Shown: positions 52,132 to 59,446 of the stretch, piece by piece
Layout of the letters: each line of letters opens with the position of its first letter
How positions within the stretch are numbered: the first letter of the stretch is position 1
Source: Meiothermus sp.
Lineage (GTDB): Bacteria > Deinococcota > Deinococci > Deinococcales > Thermaceae
Assembly: GCA_033762915.1 (NCBI GenBank)
Contig: JANRLD010000081.1
Span: 31,141 to 95,140 of the forward strand
Direction: 5' to 3'
Length of the DNA stretch: 64,000 nt
Made by a program: the position numbers and the translations under genes
The notes under the pieces: generated by a model
What the model saw: the letters and a program-made list of their open reading frames with translations, nothing else
Database searches by the model: none
Told to the model about the DNA's origin: nothing

Positions 52132-52614
52132 CTAAACCTTTTGGTAAGTTGAGCCCCGGTGTGCAAGGGTCACGGTGAAGCTGCGAACATCCGGGCTCGA
52201 GCGCTCGCCCTCGATCGCGCTCACTCTCTCTGGCCAGCAGCGAACCAGGTTGTGGCGGGCAATGACTTCCGCAAAATCGGCATCGGAGTACCAGACGATG
52301 TTCGCATCCCTGCGAGCGGTCACCTTGATGGACCTGCCGCCCTCGGCGCCCGGCTTATCCTCTCGCTCTTCCTGCCACTCGAGAAAGAAGGCGTAAACCT
52401 CATCGATCAAGAATCCCTCATCCCGCCTGTCTTCGAAAGTGAGCTCGAGGGGCTCGAACTCTTTCCCGCCGGTCGGCTCGGTGACCATCGTGTTAGGGGC
52501 GCTTGACAGCGCAACCTGCCTGGTGATGGGGTGAGTAGCGCCCCCGGTATGGGAGGCGTATACCCCGAACTTCCTTGAGTCGATTTCCAGCGCTGCGTAT
52601 GCCTTTCCTGCCAT
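52132..52614 (-). CDS. T4 gp19-like phage tail tube protein
   Basis: GAGGAGG RBS. The ~160-aa protein has GKEFEPLELTF...FLEW...RRDANIVWY...VIARHNLVRCWPERVS...SPDVRSFTVTLAHRG, matching the gp19/Afp1 pattern RRxxxIxxx...VxRWxxxxxWPxxxS...xxxTLAHEG. Confidence 0.72.
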   Translation of the reverse strand: MAGKAYAALEIDSRKFGVYASHTGGATHPITRQVALSSAPNTMVTEPTGGKEFEPLELTFEDRRDEGFLIDEVYAFFLEWQEEREDKPGAEGGRSIKVTARRDANIVWYSDADFAEVIARHNLVRCWPERVSAIEGERSSPDVRSFTVTLAHRGSTYQKV

Positions 52615-52675
52615 AGTAATCACCCTCCTCTGCGGGCTTCATGGCCCATCGAAGCTTCAGCCGATGCCGACGTGT

Positions 52676-53326
52676 TCAGCTCACCTGCTTTGCTCTCCGG
52701 CGGGCTCGGACAGCCTCAGTCACCAGGGCCAGAACCGGTTCCTCGAGCGCCCCCGGCCAAGCGTGCGGAACCTGGAAGCGGTCCTCAAAGCTTTGCCCGA
52801 AGAAGAACTGGACTCGAGCCGCCCCCGCCTCTGCGATGCCCTCGGCCTCGAGCTGGGCAACCAGTTCTGAGGGCTTCAGCCCGAGGCCGCCGGCCACAGC
52901 CTGGAAGCGGGCGTGTGCGGTGGACCAAGCCCACCAGCTCTTAAGCAGCTCGGCCTCGAGTGGGCGCACCAGCTCCTGCAGGGCCAGGGCTCGAGCGGTG
53001 ACGCCCTCGCGCTCGGTTGCGCAGGCTTGGGCCAACTGGACGGCCTCGGCGAACAGGGCGGCGCGGCTCAGCTCGGCCTGAAGCCTGGGCAGAGATTCCC
53101 GGGCCTGGGCGATCTGCTGGGCGATGTCCCGAAGGGTCTCTTCGACCGCCACCAGCACCGCGCGCGCCTGGGTTGCGGCCGCGATGTCCCGGCTTGCGCG
53201 GGCGGCCTCGTAGGTGGTCCGCTCGGCGGCCAGACGGGCCTCGAGGGTGGCCTGGTCGGCCTCGAGATCGGCTATCAGGGCCTCGGCCTCGGCGATTTGA
53301 GCCTGAATGTCATTGGGCCTGGTCAA
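52676..53326 (-). CDS. Coiled-coil hypothetical protein
   Basis: Long Ala/Glu/Leu heptad region. TTG start at 53326 after GGAGGGG, or ATG at 53344. Confidence 0.8.
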   Translation of the reverse strand: MTRPNDIQAQIAEAEALIADLEADQATLEARLAAERTTYEAARASRDIAAATQARAVLVAVEETLRDIAQQIAQARESLPRLQAELSRAALFAEAVQLAQACATEREGVTARALALQELVRPLEAELLKSWWAWSTAHARFQAVAGGLGLKPSELVAQLEAEGIAEAGAARVQFFFGQSFEDRFQVPHAWPGALEEPVLALVTEAVRARRRAKQVS

Positions 53327-53340
53327 GGTACCCCCTCCCC

Positions 53341-53532
53341 TCATTGGAAAAACCGCTGGGGCGCATTCGGGAGGGCCGTTGGTGCGGCGCCCTCCTTCTC
53401 GCGCTCGAGTGCCCCCTCAAGGAATGGGTTGCCCTCGAGGCGCTCTCGCAGGTCGGTCAGGGTCTCGGCCAGTTGCGAGCGCTTCTCTTCTTCGGTCAGG
53501 TAGTCGAACGGTGAAACCGGTTTTCTCTTCAT
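53341..53532 (-). CDS. Small hypothetical protein
   Basis: GAGGGGG RBS; MKRKPVSPFDYLTEEEKRSQL..., 63 aa. Confidence 0.65.
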   Translation of the reverse strand: MKRKPVSPFDYLTEEEKRSQLAETLTDLRERLEGNPFLEGALEREKEGAAPTALPNAPQRFFQ

Positions 53533-53578
53533 GCTGGCCCCCTCGCCTCGCAGTCTCACCCAGGGCGCTCGAGCGTGC

Positions 53579-53614
53579 TGCCAATCCTGCCAGAACTGCC
53601 AGAACTGCCACAAC
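53579..53614. repeat. 9-bp tandem repeats (TGCCAGAAC-like x4), candidate iterons
   Basis: TGCCAATCC TGCCAGAAC TGCCAGAAC TGCCACAAC in an intergenic gap. Confidence 0.7.
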
Positions 53615-53626
53615 GCTGAACCCGGT

Positions 53627-53851
53627 TCAAAAAGCCTGGGCCAGCGTGGCGGGCTCGAGCCGGACCCCCAGGCGGGCGGCCAGGGCCTCGAGGTCGGCCA
53701 GGCGGACGAACCGCTTACCCCTGGGGCTGAGCTGGATGGTAGGCAAGCGGCCGGCATCCGCCAGGCCGCGAAGGTAGCGGGCGCTGAGCCCCAGGGCCTC
53801 GGCGGCGGCGGGCAGGGGGATCAGGCGAACTTCGACCTCGAGGCTACCCAT
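53627..53851 (-). CDS. Excisionase/AlpA-like HTH protein
   Basis: LIPLPAAAEALGLSARYLRGLADAGRLP...GKRFVRLADLE. Confidence 0.8.
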   Translation of the reverse strand: MGSLEVEVRLIPLPAAAEALGLSARYLRGLADAGRLPTIQLSPRGKRFVRLADLEALAARLGVRLEPATLAQAF

Positions 53852-54422
53852 AGCGCTTCTTGTAGGCCACGAAGCCGAACACCCCTCCAAAGCTCGGCGC
53901 TCGTATCGGCTTCTCTTTGGGGATTTCGATCCGCTCATGCAGCACCAGCTCGAGGCCCCCACATCGCCCACAGCGAAGGGCGGCGCAGGTCGGCGGGATT
54001 ACCTTGACCTTGAGGCCGCAGCCGGGGCACTGATAAACACCGGGCTCGAGGCGGGCCTTGCGGGCGGCTGCCTGGGAAGACTCCCCAAGGTCGGCCGGCC
54101 CGCCACCCTCTGGCCCCACGCCAGGCTCACGGTCACCGTCTGGGCTCACCGGGCAGTCCTGGGGCCTGGGCACCGGGCCGCCTCGGCGCCTGGGGCTTCC
54201 CGGTTGGCTCCGTAGCCTGGGTACCGGGGCGCTCTCCACGCCTGGGCGGCCTGGGCGGCCTGGGCGGGGGTCGGCGGCGGGGATCTCGATCCGCTCACGC
54301 AGAACCAACTCGAGGCCCCCGCAGCGCCCGCAGCGCAAGCTGGTGCACGTCGGCGGGGTCTCCCGGACCCTCAGCCCACAGCCGGGGCACTGGTAGATAC
54401 CGGGCTCGAGGTGGGCGATCAT
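53844..54422 (-). CDS. Protein with duplicated zinc-ribbon domains
   Basis: Two copies of LEPGxYQCPGCGLxV...PPTC..LRCGRCGGLELVL.ERIEIP; ATGA coupling to the upstream gene. Confidence 0.75.
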   Translation of the reverse strand: MIAHLEPGIYQCPGCGLRVRETPPTCTSLRCGRCGGLELVLRERIEIPAADPRPGRPGRPGVESAPVPRLRSQPGSPRRRGGPVPRPQDCPVSPDGDREPGVGPEGGGPADLGESSQAAARKARLEPGVYQCPGCGLKVKVIPPTCAALRCGRCGGLELVLHERIEIPKEKPIRAPSFGGVFGFVAYKKRYG

Positions 54423-54775
54423 GCCGCGGCCCTGCCTGAGGGGTTCCCGAAGGTCACCAGGTCCGCCACCTTCGCGCCACCGGGCCCGCCCCACACCAGG
54501 CCCACGGTCACGCTCGAGGCCTTAGGGTACCGGGCGGCCAGCCTGAGCAGGGCGGCCGTCAGCAGGGCTTCCTGGGTGGTCCGGCGGTCGGGGTACCGGG
54601 CCGCCTCGGCGTCTAGGGCCGCCTGGTCGGGGATCAGCAGCCTCGAGTAAACCGCCCGCCCATCGGCCATGATCCGCAGGGCGTCAGCGCGCCGGCGGCC
54701 GAGTTGCTCGAGGATGGGCTCGGCGTTTTCCAGGGCCATCGCCCAGCAGTGGGGCAGGTCAGTCGGCGATGTCAT
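54419..54775 (-). CDS. Hypothetical protein (island)
   Basis: 118-aa ORF overlapping both neighbours in the operon. Confidence 0.7.
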   Translation of the reverse strand: MTSPTDLPHCWAMALENAEPILEQLGRRRADALRIMADGRAVYSRLLIPDQAALDAEAARYPDRRTTQEALLTAALLRLAARYPKASSVTVGLVWGGPGGAKVADLVTFGNPSGRAAA

Positions 54776-55961
54776 GCCAGTGCACCCCCGGTTTGTTCAT
54801 AGGTCTGGTTGGCGGGTTGGAAGACCTCGAGGGACCGCCAGGGCGTGAGGCCTGGTCCGCCTGGTCCGCCTGGTCCGCCTGGTCCGGCTGGTTCGGCTGG
54901 TTCGGTTCGAGCTCGGTCAGGATGCGCTCGAGTTCCTCACGCGATGCCCGGTTGTCGGGCTCGGGCTGCTGGGGATCTTCGGCGGCGGGCTCGGCCCCTT
55001 CCTGGTGGCCACCCTGCAACTGGTCCGGGGCAGGCTGGTGCTCGAGCACGGCTTCCGGCAGGATGTAGCGCTGGTCTTCCAGCTCGATCAGCTTGCCAGA
55101 GGCGAACAGCACCCCGAACCACCCCTGGGCCGTCCGAACCCGGTCACCCGGCCGAACATCGAACCTGGGCGCGGCGAGTTGGCTCGAGGGGGTCTCCACT
55201 CGCGCCTCGGCCACCCGAGGCAAAAAACCAGCATCCACCGAACGCTCTCCGGCCAAGAGCCACAGAAAGTATCTGCCAGGCGAGTGCCTTTCCCCCTTGG
55301 CGTTACCGTGCGTTTGAACATGCACGGCAAACCTGCCGAAGACCTCGAGCTGCTCTGTGCTGTAAGTTTCGGACCAGGCCGGAAAGCGGTCTTTGTGCTG
55401 GGCAAGCTCGGACCAAGCCCTTGCCTTTTTTTGAAGATACTCGAGGGGGGTTGGGGGTGGCTTATCTACTGCCTCCCCCTCCTTCTTTAACTCCTTCTTT
55501 ACTCCTTCTTGAGCAGATTCGGGGCTCGGTTTTTCCCGCTTCACACGTTGCTTTGAGGGCCCTGTCTGAGCCAGTTTCGCGTCTTTTTCTGTAGGAACGC
55601 ACGAAGTATTTGTGGGAAATGCACGACAAGCCTCTTTGCACTTTGCCTCAAAGTCCACGACATTCTTGACGCTATAAACCACGACACGTCCGTCGTGATC
55701 TTCGGGCATGAACCGCTCTATCAGCGGCGGGTGAGCGTGCCCCTTCTCGCTGCCCTGAAGCCAGTGCAAGGCCCGCTCAACCTGCCGGTCTGTGAGCCCC
55801 AGCGCCTCGGCGATCCTGTTCGCGCTGGCCCAGTGAACGCGAAAGTTGGCTTTGGCCATCAGGTACAGCAGGACACAGCCAGGTGTCCCACCGATCTTCA
55901 AGCCAGCCTCAAACCCCGCCGCGCCCAGGACTACGAAGCTACCCGCCGGACGTTTGGCCAC
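54759..55961 (-). CDS. Putative replication initiator (N-terminal winged HTH, lambda O/replisome-organizer-like)
   Basis: LLYLMAKAN...WASANRIAEALGLTDRQVERALHWL HTH, then an AT-rich Lys-rich linker. Position follows an AlpA-like gene. Confidence 0.6.
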   Translation of the reverse strand: MAKRPAGSFVVLGAAGFEAGLKIGGTPGCVLLYLMAKANFRVHWASANRIAEALGLTDRQVERALHWLQGSEKGHAHPPLIERFMPEDHDGRVVVYSVKNVVDFEAKCKEACRAFPTNTSCVPTEKDAKLAQTGPSKQRVKREKPSPESAQEGVKKELKKEGEAVDKPPPTPLEYLQKKARAWSELAQHKDRFPAWSETYSTEQLEVFGRFAVHVQTHGNAKGERHSPGRYFLWLLAGERSVDAGFLPRVAEARVETPSSQLAAPRFDVRPGDRVRTAQGWFGVLFASGKLIELEDQRYILPEAVLEHQPAPDQLQGGHQEGAEPAAEDPQQPEPDNRASREELERILTELEPNQPNQPDQADQADQADQASRPGGPSRSSNPPTRPMNKPGVHWHDIAD

Positions 55962-56033
55962 GGCGTGTACCTCGAGCCATCTGGTAAGCAGCCAAACAGT
56001 TGCAGGGGTGCCCTACGCCCATCGTGGCCCCCA

Positions 56034-56273
56034 TCACGCCGCCCCGACCTGGATCCGGTGACTCTGGTCCTCAGAGACCGAGGTCAAGCCCGCCGCGAAG
56101 CGTTCAAGGGCCCCGATAGGGATCTTCTTCCACCCTCGAGGGGTTTCGATAGCGGGCAGCACTCCCGTCGCGATGAAGTGGATGACGGTGCTCCGGTCAA
56201 CGCCCAGGTAGTTTGCGGCATCCTGCACGGAAAGCAGCTTTTTCTCGTGCAGTGCCTTCTTTGTTTGCGCCAT
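56034..56273 (-). CDS. Excisionase/AlpA-like HTH protein
   Basis: AAGGAG RBS; LLSVQDAANYLGVDRSTVIHFIATGVLPA...GWKKIP. Confidence 0.85.
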   Translation of the reverse strand: MAQTKKALHEKKLLSVQDAANYLGVDRSTVIHFIATGVLPAIETPRGWKKIPIGALERFAAGLTSVSEDQSHRIQVGAA

Positions 56274-56712
56274 ATTTGCTCCTTGTGGCGCTCGAGCCCC
56301 CACAGGGAACGCATAGACACAACCGTTTACGAGGTTGTACTATGCTATAAGACTCGAGCCTTTGATGGGTTTCAGTCAGTGAGTGCGACCCCGCCGCCAA
56401 GCAATGGGTCGCGCTCTTCTTTTGGTGTCGGCCTGACCAGTCCAACACCAGTCCCCGGGCCATCCCTGGGGAACGCCTTAATCATAAGAGTTGGATTTAG
56501 ATAAATCAAGACAAATAATGTCTGGGACGACGAAACTATAACGTGTTATAAGTTGAATACACTGAGTCATGGGCCGGCCTGAAGGTCTACCGACAAGCTA
56601 CCGACAAGCCCGCCCAGGTACACCCCATCCCACCCCCGCCCCTCACAAGTAAGACTCGATCTAGACGCGCTTTTCTCAACTTATCACGGCCTATCAAGAG
56701 GGCGGGAATCAA

Positions 56713-56749
56713 CGAATGGTCGCAGGTTCGAGCCCTGCTCGCGGAGCCA
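56713..56749 (+). repeat. att site (duplicated tRNA-Asn 3' end)
   Basis: CGAATGGTCGCAGGTTCGAGCCCTGCTCGCGGAGCCA, identical to 49182-49218. Confidence 0.95.
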
Positions 56750-56771
56750 AGAGAGTAACAGCACCAAGCAA

Positions 56772-56795
56772 TCCCCGGCTTACTCAAGCCGGGGA
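56772..56795. terminator. Probable original tRNA terminator displaced by integration
   Basis: TCCCCGGCTT / AAGCCGGGGA stem just after the att repeat. Confidence 0.6.
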
Positions 56796-56813
56796 GTTCG
56801 CTTTAACCGAAAC

Positions 56814-58754
56814 CTACGGCCCCACCAGCGGCAGGCGCACGGTCGCTACTGTGCCCCGGCCCAGCTCGCTCTCGAGGCGGATGCTGCCGCCGTGCTGGGC
56901 CACGATAGACTCAGCGATGGAGAGGCCCAGGCCGGTCCCCCCAGGGTCGGGGCCGCGGCGGCGGGCAGGGTCGGCCCGGTAGAAGCGCTCGAAGACGTGG
57001 GGCAGGTCTTCGGGGGAAATCCCCACCCCGGTGTCGCGCACGCGGAACTCGGCCCAGTCCTCCACCGAAGCCAGCTCGAGGGTCACGCTGCCGCCGGGCG
57101 GGGTGTACTTGAGGGCGTTCTCGAGAAGTTGCAAGGCCAACTGCCTGAGCCGGTCGGGGTCACCCAGCACCAGCACGGGCGCACTCAGCTCGGCCGCCAG
57201 GCGGTGGCTGTCGGCCAGGTGGCGGGCCTCGGCGCAGGCCCAGCGCAGCACCTCAGCTAAGTCGAGGGGCTGTAGGCGCAGCGCAGCCCCGGCGTCGCCC
57301 CGGGCCAGGGCCAGCATGTCGGCCACCAGCCGCCCAAGCCGCTGGGCCTCGCGCCCCACTTCCTCCAAGGCCGCCTCGCGGTCGGCCTTCTTCATCCCCT
57401 TGAAGCGGGCGAGCAGCTCGAGATTGCCCTGGATGGCGGTGAGCGGGGCGCGCAGCTCGTGGGCTGCGTCGTTGACGAAGCGCTTCTGGCTCTCGGCGAG
57501 GCGGCGGTAGCGCTCCTCCGAGGCCCGCAGGCGCTCCTCGGCCCGCTTACGATCGGTGATGTCCTGGAGGGTTCCGAACATCTTGATCACCACCCCGGTC
57601 TCGTCGCGCAGACCCTCGCCGGTGCCGACGACCCACCGCTCGCCCGCCGGGGTGAGGACACGGTACTCGGCGGGCACGGGACGGCCCTCGAGCCGGGCCT
57701 GCTCGGTGGCCGCAGCCACCCGGTCGCGGTCGTCGGGGTGAACGAACGGAAAGATGTCGTACGCCGATACATCCACCCGGGGCGGCTCCAGCCCCAGGAT
57801 GTCGTAGATCTGAGCCGAGCACTCGACCGCGTTGTTGCGCAGGTCCCAGGCCCAGCTCCCCACCTTGGCCATGCGCTGGGCCTCGCTGAGCCGCCGCTCA
57901 CTCTCGCGCAGCTCGGCCTCGGCCCGCTTCCGCTCGCTGATGTCCGCCGAGACGCCCACGATCCCGATCTGCCGCCCCTCGGCGTCGAAGATGGGCGAGT
58001 CGGTGACCAGGGCCGGGAAGGCCGTGCCGTCCTTGCGCCGCACCTGGAACTCCCCTGCCCAGCTCTGCCCGACCCGCAGTGCCGCCATGATCTCCTCGGC
58101 CTGGCCCCGGCTGAGCTCGGTCGGGGTCAGCTCGTGGATGGGCATCCCCAGCGCTTCTGCGGCGCTCCAACCGTACAGCCGCTCGGCGAAGCGGTTCCAG
58201 TGAACCACCCGGCCCTCCAGGTCGGTGGCGATCACCGCCTGATCGACGGCGTTCAGCAGGCTGGCCTGGTAGCGGATGGTCTCGTCGGCCCGCCTGCGCT
58301 CCGTCGCGTCAAGCACGGCGGCCACCAGGCCCAAGAACTCGCCCCGCGGGCCGCGCAGCGCCGTTACGCTGCTCTGGACGGGCAGCACCGAACCGTCTCT
58401 GTGCTGGCAGTTCTTCTCGATCACGAAGTCCGGCCCGCCTGACGCCAGCCGCTCCATCGCCCTGCAGACGGCCTCGAGGCTGCTGGAGTGGGTGACCTCG
58501 AGCACGCTGCGGCCGAGCAGCTCGGCCTCGGTGTAGCCCAGCATCTCACACCAGCGGCGGCTGACCAGGGTCATGCGGCCCTCGGCGTCGGTCTCCACGA
58601 TTCCGGCAGGCGACCGGTCCAGCACCCGCCGCAGCCGGGCCTCGCTGTCACGCAGGGCGGCCTCGGCGCCCTTGGCCGCGGGCATCTCACGGGCCGCCGG
58701 CTCTGCAGGTTCGGGCGAGGCAGGCGGGTTCTGGGGGGAGGCTCTGGTGTTCAT
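56814..58754 (-). CDS. Cytoplasmic multi-PAS sensor histidine kinase
   Basis: Three PAS/PAC domains (DATERRRA, DISERKRA, DITDRKRA), HELRAPL, ENALKY, DTGVGI and GTGLGL. Start approximate. Confidence 0.92.
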   Translation of the reverse strand: MNTRASPQNPPASPEPAEPAAREMPAAKGAEAALRDSEARLRRVLDRSPAGIVETDAEGRMTLVSRRWCEMLGYTEAELLGRSVLEVTHSSSLEAVCRAMERLASGGPDFVIEKNCQHRDGSVLPVQSSVTALRGPRGEFLGLVAAVLDATERRRADETIRYQASLLNAVDQAVIATDLEGRVVHWNRFAERLYGWSAAEALGMPIHELTPTELSRGQAEEIMAALRVGQSWAGEFQVRRKDGTAFPALVTDSPIFDAEGRQIGIVGVSADISERKRAEAELRESERRLSEAQRMAKVGSWAWDLRNNAVECSAQIYDILGLEPPRVDVSAYDIFPFVHPDDRDRVAAATEQARLEGRPVPAEYRVLTPAGERWVVGTGEGLRDETGVVIKMFGTLQDITDRKRAEERLRASEERYRRLAESQKRFVNDAAHELRAPLTAIQGNLELLARFKGMKKADREAALEEVGREAQRLGRLVADMLALARGDAGAALRLQPLDLAEVLRWACAEARHLADSHRLAAELSAPVLVLGDPDRLRQLALQLLENALKYTPPGGSVTLELASVEDWAEFRVRDTGVGISPEDLPHVFERFYRADPARRRGPDPGGTGLGLSIAESIVAQHGGSIRLESELGRGTVATVRLPLVGP

Positions 58755-59035
58755 ATTACGGTGATCTCGAGGCGCGGCCCCTGCCGCCCGACCCATGTTA
58801 GCGGCCCCGCGCCCTCCGCGCCCCGTTGGCAACCGCCGCGTTGCCGATCGACCTGCGGCCTCCCCGGAACAGCGTCGCACAGCGGGAAGAGCAATACCAT
58901 CAACCTGTGCAACATATGGGGGCAAGCTGAGGTTTGGCTGAGTCCCGGGGCGGCCGTCTGGCACTCAGCCTCCGCTCGGCTGGGGCAAAGGCCCGGCTCA
59001 GGGCCAGGGTTGAGGCTCTTGCAGGAGGTGAGCAG

Positions 59036-59446
59036 GTGAGCACAAACCCACGCCAGGCCGCGCAGGCGGCCAGAACCGCCGGAGCCTTCACATATAGCTA
59101 CCGGCCCGCCGAGTCCGCGCCCCCGGCCACCCGGCCGACGCCCCGTGACCCGCACCCCTTCCTCCCGCCCGCGCAAACCGCCAAGGAACTGCTCGAGGAG
59201 TTCGGGGCGGCCAAACGCCGGGGTGACCTGGCCCGTCTGCGCGAGGTCTGTGCCGAACTCGAGCGCGGCTGGAGCCACCCCCCAGTCTGGCGCAGCGGGC
59301 GCAACACCCTCGCAAGCCAGCGCAACCGCCTCTCCCCCTGCGTGCGCTACATGGGCGGCGGGCCGGAGCAGGAGTACTACCGGGCCTTCCTGCAGGCCGT
59401 GCTCGACCCCGAGTACCGGCGGCTGGCCGGGCGCGGGCTGTCCTAG
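59036..59446 (+). CDS. Hypothetical protein
   Basis: AGGAGG RBS before the GTG; coding-like bias. Confidence 0.55.
   Translation: MSTNPRQAAQAARTAGAFTYSYRPAESAPPATRPTPRDPHPFLPPAQTAKELLEEFGAAKRRGDLARLREVCAELERGWSHPPVWRSGRNTLASQRNRLSPCVRYMGGGPEQEYYRAFLQAVLDPEYRRLAGRGLS

Larger units (their letters stand above)
49182..56749. mobile_element. Integrative phage-satellite-like element at tRNA-Asn (~7.5 kb)
   Basis: Exact 37-bp direct repeat of the tRNA 3' end at 49182-49218 and 56713-56749; adjacent tyrosine integrase; phage-like small genes. Confidence 0.93.

Noticed and set aside
56713..56749. Second tRNA gene
   Set aside because: Only the 3' 37 nt are present; this is the att duplication.
49182..56749. 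Complete prophage, ICE or tailocin
   Set aside because: No recognisable capsid, portal, TerL, sheath, baseplate, lysis, relaxase or T4SS genes.
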